A stretch of DNA of 64,000 nucleotides from Amoebophrya sp. A120. Taxonomy: Eukaryota > Protista > Dinoflagellata. Positions within the stretch are counted from its first letter, which is position 1, and each line of letters begins with the position of its first letter. The stretch spans positions 5,389,709 to 5,453,708 of the forward strand of contig CAJINV010000002.1 of NCBI GenBank assembly GCA_905178155.1, given 5' to 3'. Position numbers and translations under genes: made by a program. Shown here in pieces: positions 1 to 13,194 of this stretch. Under the pieces are notes generated by a model. The model was not told where the DNA came from, did not search any database, and was given only the letters and a program-made list of their open reading frames with translations.

Positions 1-1072
1 GGATTCGAAGGACGCTTGTCGCTTTAGAATTGGAAAAGAAATAGTGTTTTATGGAAACAAAACAACTCTGTAGCTGCACGCTTCGCCGACTGTCGTGCTT
101 GTGAAGGGGTGTTCGTGCACCTGTCGGTCCTGCACCACCGGATCTTGTCAAGAGCCTTCATGAGGTGTGCGTGACTGTTCTTGTTTTCTCGCGCTTTTGG
201 TACTAGTTCTGAGTTTAAGTAGGCCTTATTGGCGCCTACGTCTAGTACCTCCGGAGTGGTCGGCGTTGCAAATTTTGGCAGAGCTCCATGAATATGATTG
301 ATGAGGACCACTCTACTTCCAGAATCACATTGAGTTAGAGTGCCGGATCCATCGTGGTATTTAATGAGCGAAAAAAATGAGGGATGAACCAAGGGGTCCT
401 CACGACGGGCTGGTGGTGCCTATCGTAGTGCGGCCAAAAAAAGGTGAAAAATGGATTTGTTGTAATTTCTCGCTTGAAGCGCGACAATCAACTACATTGT
501 GATATCAGCCACATGGTACTAGAACTAGTAGCACCACCAAATTCATCCCGCGTCGTTTTCGGTTTGTTGAGTGATTTTACGAGTTTTGATATACTTACAT
601 TCAATCGCAGTGTTGAGAGAGAGATTTTTTTGTTGCCACATCCACTTCTCCGACGAGGCTGCAATTGCTATACGTTTGTCTTGTGAGCGAAGACGTGTGC
701 TGAAAAAGAATTCTTCGAAGGAGATAGATTTTGACTCGAACGACCTGGTGAAAAACATGCAAACATAAAGTTTATGCAACCAGCACCTGTAAATGTAAAT
801 GCACTTGTTGTTTGTGTCGATCGCGTTTTCGTTCTTGTCTTGAATTAGAATCGAACCTCAAAAGATGCAGCACTCCTCTCCCGGACCGCGCTGATTGTCA
901 ACTGATAATATTGAAATAAGCGGTTCTTTGGCGGGGCCCAGCACGACACGAGCGCCAGCACGAAGACGCACTACTTGTTCCGATAACGTCGACAACTGCT
1001 GACGGTTACGCCCAAGAACATTGAAAGCCCTCGTCTTGCTCCTCCCTGTTTGTTCGTGCCGACGTGGTCACC

Positions 1073-4000
1073 ATGGAATCTGCCAGTTTCCACGACTTTC
1101 GGATCGTGCAGGAGCTCGGCCGCGGGTCCTTCGGCACGGTGTATAAGGCAAAATGGAACCAAAACCAGCACCCGGGATCCTCCTCCTCGCGCCCGACCAG
1201 CACGCGACCGGGGCCGCCTGGTGGAGACCCCGACGCGCAACCCTTTTTAGTGTTGAAGCGAATTGACTTCAAGCCCTGGCACCAGGAGAAACACCGGCTG
1301 GCGGCGAAAAAAGAGGTGCAGAAGATAGCTGGTTGATGTGCATGTGGATAGGTGGTTTTTTGTTTTCGAAATGAAACTTCGTCTCCTTTTTTCCACATGC
1401 GAGGTAGATTCCAACATTTGTCACGGTCGGGTCGTATCTATCAACAAGACAATGAAATTTCTATTCAGGTCCAGATGCTCGCGAAGGTGCGGCACCCGAA
1501 CATTATTCGGTACTACGGCAGCTTCACGTATAAGGGCGCCCTGTTTATCTGCATGGAGTATGCAAGCTGCGGAGACCTGCACCAGTTCATTCAGAAGCGG
1601 CAGAGGAGGCAGGCGCAGTTGACAGAGGATATCAAATGTAAAAATGTCTGGGTCTGGAAATTTGTAATGCTAAAAGTGAATGGGAGTTCCACCGCAATAC
1701 GGAGCCAAGCATGACAAATTTTTGGGCTCCTATGTGTTGCGTGTTCCGCATGGCAAACTGCGTTTTTGCATGACAGGTAAGAGGACAGCTTTGTGCCCAT
1801 GCATCACAGATTCTTGAGCCATGTCAGACATCCATGACAAACATAGCAATCTTCCAGACCCAGACATTTTTACATTTGACAGAGGACCTGCTTTGGAAAT
1901 TCGGGGACCAGCTCGTCGCTGCGATTGCGTACTAACTACTGATATCAAATGTAAAAATGTCTGGGTCTGGAAGAATGCATGTTTGTCATGCTTGTCTGGC
2001 ATGACTCTTAAATCTGTCATGCACGTTACCCAAGAGCTCAATTTTTCTGTGATGCAGGAACGCAGTTTGTCATGCAGAATAGGCAACACCTAGAAGCTCA
2101 GAAACTTCTCATGCTGAGCCAGCATTTGTGGCCTCATCATGAGACGCCACCCAGCATCACAAGTTTCCAGACCCAGACATTTTTACATTTGATAACTGAG
2201 GACACGACTGAGAATAAAAACTTAAAATATCGAAATCATAAATCAGTTTCCTTTCTTTTGCAGGAGAGAGATATCGTTTTCTCGGGTATCACTCTTGTTT
2301 TTATGCGAGTTGTGATGAAATTTCGTCAATGTCTGAGAAGCGCAAGACATAAAACAAACACTTATTCACATCTTCAACAAACTACAGGCACCTGCATGGC
2401 AATTCCATCATCCACCGGGATTTGAAGCCTTTGAATGTGTTTCTCGCCGAGGGTGACCGCATCAAGGTTGGCGACTTGGGTGTTTCGAAACTGGTAGAGG
2501 AATTCGACCAGAATCACACGCGAGTGGGCACGCCACTGTACCTTGCGCCGGAACAGATCAAGCATCAAGGGTAGGAAACGAAATTTCGGATTTTCCGCTG
2601 GTAGACCAGCGACGATAGCAACATACTAGAGTGAGAACTTCAACTTTGATAATATTGACAGCATGACAGACAGAGACAGTCCTGAGAAGTGCCGAAGTGC
2701 AGAGAAACCGCAATTTCGAGCGTAGTTGAAGATCCATATATACTTATATCCATTGTCCATTTCAAGAATGCAAAAAATTCCTCCGCCTCTTCCATCATCA
2801 GGTACGATTTCAAGGTGGACATTTGGGCTCTGGGTTGCCTGCTCTACCTGCTGACCGCGTTAGAGCCGCCGTTCCACGGGCAGAACCTGATCCAGCTCGG
2901 CAACGACATTGTGCGGAGAAATCCCCGTCCTTTGAGCACCGGCTACAGCCCGGAGTGGCGCACGCTGGTGATGCAACTGCTGACGAAGCGGCCACAGGAG
3001 CGACCAGACATTTTCACGGTGGAAGCCACGCTGCGCGGGTCGCGCGGCATTTTGTCCTCCAACAACGGTGGCAGTGGGGCTGGAGGAAGGACGCGAGGAC
3101 ACCATGGTGGTGCATCGACAACCTCTGGGCAACAAAACAATGGGCAGAATGTTGGTACAGTCTACTTTGAAACAAGCGTCGGCGCGTTTTGACGTTGCAG
3201 TGCTCGTTTTCGTACTAGTACAGAGCACATGACCGCACAGTAGAGCCAGAGGTGCCCTTGTTTTCGTGTCAATTTGAAGATGCATGAACTTGATCATCAT
3301 GATCACACACCCTACGTGAAGATCATCTGCATCAAACTGTAAATAAAGAGCAAGTTGTGCAATGAAAAAAACGCAGTAGACAAATGCTTATATGCTTATT
3401 CAGGTTTTCTCGACCCAGACGGACCGAAGGAGTTTCCCACCTCCGTGCGCCAAGTGAAAGGTCCCATATGACAGTGCACAACGCCGCCCCCTGCTATCCC
3501 TCATTTGCAATGCGAAAATACCAAATCCACATACTGCCTTGAAGCGCAAGTGTCTAGATGAAAAGCTTTGGAACCTCTTCAGAATTACTATGATGAGTGA
3601 GCAGGTTTGTCATGCGGAAGCCAGATATCTGCCCTTGCTTGTGTTGTTGCTCTTGCAGCTCATCGACGTTTACGGCAAGTGTTTAGGGGCCTGGGGGCCC
3701 ACAAGTTGTGCACTTTGATATCCCGGCGGAGTTGCGCAGATGAACAAGCGACCCATGTCTGCCTACGTCAGACCGAGCACCGCGAGGCTGCTGGAGCGGG
3801 AGCAAGCGCAGCAAGAGAATCTGAACCAGCACCAGATGCACAACAACATGCAAGAGAAAAACAAAAATGGCATTCCGACCCTGGTTGGCCACAGTCGGAG
3901 CACCAGCTCGTCTTCCACCACCAGTAAGGATTCTAACAAGAACAATAAACCCAGCAATTTTTACAACAACGGCGAAGGTGGATTTATCGTCAACCATGGA

Positions 4001-6870
4001 GTTGTAGCAGGAGCCGTAGAAAGCAACAGGATTGATCACATCATCGAAGTTGACCAGTATAATAACAACCACTACAACAATCCTCGCCATCAGGCCCCGC
4101 CCGTCCCGCTGGAGCTGGTCAACCAACAAAAAAACAACAAATCCGGTGCAACTTCCACCGCCGCGAGGGCTGGTTCATCCTCTTCTTCAAATCGGGCCGA
4201 CATGAACTACGATGGAGTGCACTTCATACCAGCAGGAGCAGTGCCGGGAGGTACTGTAGGGACAAATAGTACAACCGGAACAAATCAGCAAGTGGGCGTA
4301 GGTCCTCCTGGTGGAACCTATTCACAAAATCCGCACTTTGTAGTTGGCTCCTCCTCTTCCGCACAACACCACCCTCAACAAAGGAACAACCCGACGCCTA
4401 CAGCGGCAAACCCTGCACAGGTGCAGATCACGTCAGGTGCGGCTCCTCCTGGGGAGATGAGAAGTCAAAACCAAAACCTTCGCCCGCTCTCCGCACCGCA
4501 AATCTACACGCGGAGAAGTAACAACAAGAATAGCAACAATCCCATTCAGCACATGCAGATGATGGCGAACGTGCAGCAGGGCGGCAGTTCGAGCAGCACT
4601 GCGAGATTTAATGCTGCTGGTGGGGCAACATCGTCTTCTAGCGTGAAGATCATGAATCGCCCCATTTCGGCGACGACTCAACAAGTGCAGCAACAGTACA
4701 ACGACGTGAATGACACGATAGACAATACGACGGCGCAGATAATTATTGACGACGACGACGGAAATGTAGACGACGATATAGAAACCGCGGTTGCAATATG
4801 TCATGTGAAATCGCTTGCGCCCTTTGATGGTTGCTGCAGAGTCGTGTATAATGCAAAATATAGCTGCACCTCGTCAATCAAAATCAAATTCAGTATCAAT
4901 ATGTAAACGGGCAAAGAATTATGTGTTGAACTCAATTTTTCCTTTATTTCGCTAAGAAGTGAATGCCAGGTCGAGTGCGGATGCGATTTCCCCAGGTGGA
5001 TATGCAAATCACCACGCGCGGGTGCTAGGCGGTGGAAGTAAAAGCGAGGGTTTGACACAGACAACCTCGCAGGCCAGGTCACGGTCAAATTCTCAGTCGC
5101 ATCGAATCATCAAGATCCCGGCAAAATTTGGCGGAGGCGGTAGTGGTACTGCTGCAGATGTACTTGGTGTTGATCAGCAATGGAACGGTCTTGCGGAGGG
5201 TGGAGAGCCACCCGACCGCTTTGGAGAAGGAGCGCAAATAACTAGTACAGGAGCTTCAGGTCATCGTAATATTACACAGAAGCGACTGTCTGGTGTGAGC
5301 ACTGCAGCAAGCGCAAGCACCACCGCGACGACCAATGCCGCTAGTATGGTGCAGATGATGCAACAACATCAAGAACAGCCCTACGGGACGAGGATGGCCA
5401 ATGCGAAAATCAACCACGACCCAACGGCGTCATATAGCACCACGGCGGAGCAGACCAGAAATGATGCGTTCTTTACGACCACCGCGGAACAAACATCCGG
5501 AGGAATCGGAGCAACTGGTGCGCGGTCGCAGAAGTATCCGGCTGGTGGGAGTTGGAACAACCAGCAAAATCACGATCCTGCTTCATCCCACAAGAACCGT
5601 GGTAGAGACCATCAACATGATGGAAGTGGTAGTTTTTACAACAGCAATATCGCGGCCGAGGAAGCAGCTCCACTTAATTCGTTTTCGCAACAGGAACTGA
5701 TAGAGTCGGGAAAAAACATGGATTTGGCCGCGCGACACATCAAACAGCAATACGCCCTGTATAACCAGTCGTATCAAATGCAAAAGTGTCTGGGTCTGGA
5801 AGAATGCGAGTTTGTCATGCTTGCCTGGCATGACTCGAAAATCTGTGTTGCATAGGCACGAAAAGGCCCTCTTACCTGTCATGCAAAAACGCAGCTTGCC
5901 ATGGGGAATACGTAAGACATGGCAGCCAAAAAATTTGTCATGCATAACTGCGTATTCCAGTGCGTCTATCATTCACTTTTAGCATTACAAGTTTCCAGAC
6001 CCAGACATGTTTGCAATCCATAAGTCGAACGCGGCGATAAGAAGTGCTGCAGGCGATGACGTCCAGCAGTATGGTCATGCAGACGATCATTCCCGTGGAA
6101 CTACAACTTCTAGAGGCCGCCCCCCAGACCCTCGCGCCGTAAAGACCACGACAGCACCGGGCGGAGGTTCCTCTTGTAGCAACGCAGACGGCCAACAACA
6201 TATCAGTTCCCAGCAGCCACAGATGGTTGCAGCCCAGCATGTGCCGGTGAAAAGGTTGACGCAAAGTCAGCACCTGCCGACGGGCGGAAGTGGATCATCT
6301 TCTGCCTCCAGGTCGCGCAGTCTGAACAGGAACGGCATTTACGAACAAGAAGACGTCGACTACATGCGCAGCTCCTCTGGTGGCGTGGCAGGAACTACAG
6401 GACAAGTACATGGTGCTGGACAAGTACAACCTCCAGAGGTACAAGCTGTCTCTGCTAGCACATCCGGACCACAGATAGTACCAGCGAACAAAGTTTTTTC
6501 ACGCTCCACCACGTCGTCGGCTGCTCCTGCTGCACACCAGCTGCACCAACAAGTCAACATGTCGCGTCCCTCGAGCGCAGCCGTCGCGGTGGAGGTAAAG
6601 GCACCACGCACGATGACCCGACCGTACGCGAACAGACCCCGGACCGCGGGGTGCAGTCGGAGTGCGGCTGCTGCTGGAAGCACGAACGGGGGCGGGTTTC
6701 TTGCAGACCTGGCGCATCACCAAGTAGGTGGCTCCTCCTCTGCGTCAGGTGTACAGAAACCCATGCACCTATTCGGCGCACAGCCGGTCTTCAACGACGG
6801 CGCCGTTGTAAACAAGGCGGGGACGGCGAACAAGGCCAAAGTCCGGATTAGCGTGCATGATCTAGCTTGA
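1073..6870 (+). CDS. NEK/NIMA-family Ser/Thr protein kinase with long low-complexity C-terminal tail (multi-exon)
   Basis: Spliced kinase motifs LGRGSFGTVYKA, VLKRI, HPNIIRYY, ICMEYASCGDL, IIHRDLKPLNVFL, KVGDLGVSK, VGTPLYLAPE, YDFKVDIWALGCLLY, PPFHG, RP. GT-AG introns at 1316-1468, 1929-2387, 2571-2801 and 3155-3403. Element-derived introns at about 1630, 3467 and 5772. One further intron near 4790-4970 has unresolved borders. Confidence 0.88.
1630..1881. mobile_element. TIR introner element, family A, in NEK exon
   Basis: TIR tatcaaatgtaaaaatgtctgggtctggaa ... ttccagacccagacatttttacatttgaca; 5-bp direct repeat GAGGA at 1625-1629 and 1882-1886. Removal with one repeat copy restores QLTEDLLWKF. 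Confidence 0.93.
1943..2194. mobile_element. TIR element, family A, nested inside GT-AG intron 1929-2387
   Basis: Same ~30-bp TIR; direct repeat ACTGA at 1938-1942 and 2195-2199. Confidence 0.93.
3467..3720. mobile_element. TIR introner element (different TIR family) in NEK exon
   Basis: tatgacagtgcacaac ... gttgtgcactttgata inverted repeat; flanks TCCCA/TCCCG. Removal joins VKGP to GGVAQMNKRP in frame. Confidence 0.85.
5772..6022. mobile_element. TIR introner element, family A, in NEK exon
   Basis: tatcaaatgcaaaagtgtctgggtctggaa ... ttccagacccagacatgtttgcaatccata; direct repeat AGTCG at 5767-5771 and 6023-6027. Removal joins YNQS to NAAIRS in frame. Confidence 0.9.
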
Positions 6871-8583
6871 CGATGCGGTCGTGCTTGTTGGGATTCAATA
6901 TTGCCAACGATCCCGCGGAGGATAAGTATTCGAGTCCAGGGAACGCAGTAGATGAAATGAAATGCCAATGGAAGCTCAAACCAAAAACTAACAGGTAGCT
7001 GAAGTTTGGAAAATTGCAAAATGAAAATGTTGACACAGAGATACTTAGATGTACACGACGAACAGAAGGAGAGCTGTCTACTCTACATGTCGGCGCGCTC
7101 TCGTGTTTGCTGCAGATCAAATAAAAATGCAACTTTTTATCGTTGGGCTTCTCCTCTCGATGCTCTTTGCTCTCTAACGCTGGTGCTCCAGCACCACTGT
7201 CACTTTTACTATGTATGCTTATGCGGGTACAAAATAAAATGCTTTTTCTCTTTGTAGGAATTGAATGGTCAAACCTTTTTATAGTTTTCAGTAGTCTACA
7301 ACTTTCCAGTTGGTCTATAAGCGGAATGGATTCAAAAAAAGGAACTTTACTCTACCTCTCCCGAGATCCTGATGAAGAACAATTGATGAGCCAGCATTTG
7401 CGACGAAGTAGCTGAGAATAAAGTGTCAGTTCCACAACCAACTCGTGTGAACGTTGCATTTCGCTTCTTCCTGTCTTTCCCTTTCAGCATCTGCAATAGT
7501 AAGGTTGTTGCACTTGTTCGTTGCGAACTGCATGTGGTAGTCCTCCTCTCTTGGAAAAATGCAGTGGGGGATCAGGAAATTGCGGAGATTGTCACGAAAA
7601 CGGAAATATCAAACATTCTTCCGAAGGTAGATGTTGTACACGGCCTTGATGAAGCAATGACGAGCATCAAAAAGATGAAGTTCCTTGCTCGATGTGACAC
7701 AGTTAAAGATAAGACAGATTTTGTCTTACAACGGACCATCGAAGGACCGACGTATTTCTTCACGTAAAGTACTCTGCTCGCTATGAAGATCATGACAAGT
7801 GGATGAACTGGTACTGGAACCGAAGAGAACACTGCAAAAGATCCGGAAGGAGTAGATGATGATCTTCAACTAGAAGACTACCTCCTTTCTTCGCACGATC
7901 GATCTAATAGAAGTAGTAAGTAGAAGACTTTCAAACTCTCCGGCGACGAAGATGAAAGTACGGCACGATCGGATTACTGCATGTGCAGCCTTCCTCTTGT
8001 CGACGAAAAATTTTCGTAAATATGCATCGGATAAAAATAAATATAGTTCATCTACATCTACTACACCACGACGTAATCGTAATCTATTAGCGCAACACCG
8101 ATCCAACTTTTAACCGGTGCCCAGTACCGTTTCATGAAAAAGGAAGATACACGAATGATTTTGATTTACTTAGTCTTGAGTGCGATTTTCATTTTTCCTT
8201 TTCGTTTTCTTCTTCCAGCGACAGACGTTTTTCCCTCATACAAAGACCGACGACATGATTTTTTCCTGAACTACGCGAAGCTCCTGGTAGTCTTTTCCAT
8301 CTGTTTACCTATTATTCACCCGAATTTCCTCATAGAAAGTAGACCGCCCCTGTTTCCTACTTGTTATGACATCGATACCGTGAAGAAAGAAAAGCGCCCG
8401 TGTTGCCTGATTTACACCCATAACCGTATAATTTTGATGTATACAAAATCACGAGCGATCCTTGCTCATTGAGCAGTTGCACCAAAACTTTTTGGACCAG
8501 TAGCGCATTTTCCATCTCTACTCCTACTTCGCTGTCAGGAAGACGCGTGGTTTCGTCGACTTCTAACCGCCCCGCCACTGAAG

Positions 8584-11500
8584 ATGAAAATGCCCCCGCA
8601 AAAGAACCACAAAGCTCCTTTATTCCCGGCTGGTGCCCACCCGCCGACGCCGACCAAGGAGCAGCAACTGCGGCGGCTGTACTTCCAGAAAGACTTGGAA
8701 TTTCGCGAACTGCGGGAACAGGAGTTGCGCGACAATATTCTGAAGGACTATGTGCCTTTAAACGAGCCGAAACTATTCGCGGAACAAATTAAGGGTCAAA
8801 ATCATCCCCACCAGAACCGTCATTCTAATTCCTTCACCCGCGAGGGCGGGGGTGTTGGAGCGAACACCCGGCACACGACCGGCGGAACGCAAACCTTCGG
8901 GCTGCGCCCCGAAGACTTGCAGGCCTGGTTCGTCGACGACGAGGGAGTGGCAGCGGCCGAGGTAGGTACTAGAGAACAGGACAATCATGATGTGTTCTCG
9001 CCCGATGAAAGAGTAGTGGCTCGTAGACCACCCGCCGCGAGAGAACCTCAAGTCCGGATGAACAATGGGCTGCAACAAGAACAACCTCACGGAGAAGATC
9101 TCGGACGTGGTCCGCTACTTGATTTTGGCACAGCTAGCGCAACGTCCCGCGTGTTTTCCCCGACGCCATACAAGTTTGGGAAAGAAGACGGACCAGCAGA
9201 CGGTGACCCATTCGACGTGGGCCGGTTTTCAAGTCTGAACATCGACGGGGAAATGCAGCAGACGAATCCCGGAGAAGGAGGCCGGTATAGCAACAACGTA
9301 AATGGCAAGCAGGACGCAGATGACCACGACTCCGAGGAACCCTCGTTCTTTCTGCACGGGAAATCCCTGCTAAAGTCTGCAATGGACGACAGCTCTGTAC
9401 TGTTGGAACGACCTGGAGGAGGAGACCAGGTAGTTGGCAACGGGATTTTGACTCAACATCCCAAAGTGGACGCGGGCGGCTCGTTATTTCCGCCACACGA
9501 TTTTCACGATGGAGGTGCAGGACAGCCGATCCCGACAGGAACGGCACCTGGCGCTGGTTTTACTACGCAAGAGCAGCATGGAAGAGGTCAACTACTTCCC
9601 CAGTACCTCCAGGACAGCGGGGCTTTGTTCTCGCAAAATGGGATATTAAGTCATGTCCCTCCGGCGCAAAACAACGGTCTTCAGCAACGGCTGCTATTCC
9701 AGGACGGCGGCAGCGTGTCTTCTTCCACCATGCGCAAAACCCGGGCGGACCGCCTCCGGGCCCGGAATCGCGACTTCTCTTCGCGAACGGCTGGTGTTGG
9801 TACAATCGACGAGGAAGTTCTTCTTGACGAAGGGCTGATGAAGCAGCATCAAGAGGATGAACAAGACGGAACAAAGCGTCACCTCGAAGCTGACCAAACG
9901 GCCCGTCAGTCACCCTTCAAAGCTAATAATGCACAACAACTACCCGGAACATCAAGATCAGCATCCTCCTCCCCGCAACGAGGAGAGAACCCTCCTCGGC
10001 ACCCCCTCCGTTCCCCCGAGCAGGAGAGGGAAAAGCGCCGGCGCGAGGAGCTGAACCTCGCACGCTGTCGGCAGATGCTGGGCTTCGAAAACCTCTGTGT
10101 CATGGTGGAAACGAGGGCGGTAGAACAAAATATCAAAGCCGCTACTCTCCCTTTTTCCTCAGCTGCAGCAGACCCAAACGTCGGCAACAACTCCGGGCCG
10201 TCATCCACCTCTGGCACCAGCTGCACAAGCGACAGAGCCCAGCAGGAGCGGGCGAAGCAGCGGGAGATCAGCCGGATCGCGCAGGAGGCGCAATCCTACC
10301 ACCAACAGCTTCTGGCGGAGTCGGACCGCGTGTTTCGGCAGGCCATGGCGGAGATCCAGGCGATCGAGAAGCAGGAAATGGAACGAAAACGGCTGGAAAA
10401 GGCGGAGCGGGAAAGAGTCGAAAAGATGGAACTGGACCGGCAGCGACAGGTGCGAGAGGAAGAGGAACGGAAGAGACGAGAACTGATAGAGCAACAGAAG
10501 CAACTGGAACTGCAGCAGCAAGCCGCCGCGCAGGCAGAGCAGGACCGGCTGGAAAAGGCCCGCGCTGCTGCGGCCGAGGAAGAGAAGCGACAGGTGGAAG
10601 CCGAGAAAATCGCAGCGCAGCAGAAGGAAGAGCAAGAGCGGATGAAAATGAAGGAACAGCAGGAACAATTGCAGCAAGCAAATGCTGCACAACTAGCACA
10701 GCAGCAACAGCAGGCTAGTTCTACTGCTGCGCCGGGTACAACAAGTAAGAGTGCCACAACAGGTTCTTCCAGCCCTGGCAGCACGACCACCGCGTTTCTG
10801 CAGCAGCTGGCGCAGCAGGCGAAACAGCAGGAAAAGTCCCTGGAGGAGTTCAACACGAGCAAGGAGAAAGACATCCGCCAGCGACGCGTGAACCTGAAAA
10901 AAGCCATCAACACGAAGATCGGGCAGGTGTCGCACCAGGCGCCGACCACTATCCACTGAAAAGGTGTTTGGGTCTGGAAGAGTGCAAGATTTGTACATGC
11001 ATCTCGTCGTGATTCGACCATCACCAGTTCCCGCAGATGGTCTGGAAAAATGAACACAGAAGATCATGCATCACAGGTTTTGCGAGACCTTTCGCCTTCG
11101 TCTTGTTTGTCCTGGCAAGAAATGGGCACCAACTTTTACCGTAGTTCATGCATACACAGATTTTTTTGTGATCGAGTCTTCACATGACGTTCCATACCCA
11201 ACCACATTTGTAATGCATAACTGCCGTTGCCTGCCAAAAGGCGCTGAAGGAGCTGATTGAACTCTCCAGGTCCTCCGAAAATCCGACTTTCACGGAGTAC
11301 ACCCGGTGGCGCATTTCCGACGCGCTGTGCGAGCAGTGGTCTAACATTCCCCCCGCGGAAAGCCGGCTCGCGTGGCCCTTTTGCTACGTGATTGTGTTTT
11401 TGATCCGGAAGCTGCCAAAGCACGAGTTCCGGGATAGCTTCCTGGGAATGATCCACCACCGCTGCCCGCTGTCCATTCCCGATCTCACCGTCGCGGACAA

Positions 11501-12213
11501 GCAGGCCGCGGAAGAGGGCGAGGGCGAACAGGAGTTTTTCAACCGCCAAACGAATCTGCTGCGGTTTTACCTCGGATCGCTCGTGCTGGCGAAGGACGCC
11601 AACCGGTTGTGGGAGTACGTGGCCGCGTTGCTCAACTCCAGAATCCCCGCGGACAGCAGCTGCCGCTTCGTGCCCTTCGCGCTGTTTTGCTTCCTCGAGA
11701 TGGCGGGCATGTTCATGCGGCAACGCTTTGGACACAGCTTCCTCAAGATCACGCAGTACGTCTTGCTTCTGATTGAAGATGAAGAGTGCATAATCAGCAT
11801 TTTAGAAATCTTTGTTGTTTCCATCCTTGCTTTTTTACTTTGCAGTTCTTTCGCTCAACAGTTGGATTTCATTGCACCTTTTAACGGGCCTTCCCCTTCG
11901 CCTTGTTTCTCGCACGACTGGTGTTGTGAAGCGGCTGACTATTTTTGCTTCAGTATCAACTTTTCGCCCACTTACATCGTTTTGCACCTTGCCGTATATC
12001 ATTATCATGGTCATGATTCTCAGGTACATCCGCAGCACTTGGATCCCGCATTGCAAGGAGATTCTCGGCCAAGGGCGCGATCCGGCGCCGATCACAGCCA
12101 AACTCACGGTGATCACTAGCTGGATTGACGGGCTGCTGAAGGGGGAAGACAAAACGCCGGACGGCATGCAGCTCCAGGCACACGGAGAGAGCGAAATTCG
12201 CAACGACATATGA
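8584..12213 (+). CDS. GLE1: GLE1-like mRNA export factor/nucleoporin
   Basis: Low-complexity N-terminus, long coiled coil, then GLE1-domain-like motifs INTKIGQV, LAWPFCYVI, IHHRCPLSIP, LWEYVAALLN, FLEMAGMFMRQRFGHSFLKI. Element-derived intron at about 10950-11219 and GT-AG intron at 11756-12023. Family call from recalled motifs. Confidence 0.72.
10950..11219. mobile_element. Degenerate family A introner in GLE1-like exon
   Basis: tatccactgaaaaggtgtttgggtctggaa ... ttccatacccaaccacatttgtaatgcata; decayed flanks ACCAC/ACTGC. Removal restores the frame (APTT-VACQKALKELIE). Confidence 0.8.
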
Positions 12214-13194
12214 TAGGGATAGATACAAGTGATCGCATCCATGTACTTTCGACAAGTTCTTTTTTCTTGACTCTTCTCCCTCTTGTACCTCGTTTTATTC
12301 CCCACGACATGAATGACGAACTTCAACTTTGACTTTCAGATTCACTGCCAAGCAAAAGATGAAAAAGACGACGCCTATGTATCTATTTTTTGTGTGGATC
12401 GAACAGCTACGAGCTACAACGCGAAGCGACCAAAAATACCAAATTTATCGAAAAGTGCGACGCGCAGACTTTGCCCCCAGCATCAAGGATATTCTTCATT
12501 TTCATGATGCAAAATGATCAATCCCAGAAGCAGAACCAGATCCCGTTGCAACATACCATGCAAATAATGTTGGTGTACTTACTACGATAATTCACGATCT
12601 TGATTCGTGTATCCGGTCACTTGTAGTTCTTCTCGTCGCAGCTGTGATGGAGGACATGAAAGGTCAAAAATCAGCATCAGGACACGCGTCTTTTCGTCGT
12701 TTCTATCCTCTTCCATTTCGTGCAGTATCCCTTGAGGTTTTTTCTTCCATTCTCTGCGGACGAGCGTGATGCACCATCCCGATGATTCTTCAATTCTGTA
12801 TGAACAAATGGCACCGTGTGATGGAAGTAGAGTGAATGTTGAGAGCGAGTGCGAAATCCGCTATCAGTTGTTTGCTGGTCTGAGTCTATTGCCCCTCGGG
12901 GTGTTTCTGTTTCTGTTTATTCATTGGTTCATTGATCAAAGATCTGCAGAAAAGCAAGTACGCACCATGGGCTGCAAGAAACAAGGTCCAGTGCCGTCTC
13001 TTCGGCTTGTCTACAACGGTGCTTTGAGGTCGACAGATAGGAAGAGGAGCACCTGCTCCACGCGGCCGCATTCTCCTGTCATCTCGTTGATTTCTCAACT
13101 TTTGCTTGCCATCACGTGGTGCAGCCACTTTGTTGCCCACAACACTACTTTCGCCCTGACGGTCCGCCACAAGAAAATAAAGGTATCGAAAAGG

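Noticed and set aside
24-392. 122-aa minus-strand ORF at the window start
   Set aside because: TTG start, no motif recognised and no splice structure evident.
7423-7900. Protein-like stretch between the NEK and GLE1-like genes
   Set aside because: Non-ATG start, internal stops and no recognisable family; a pseudogene call cannot be supported.
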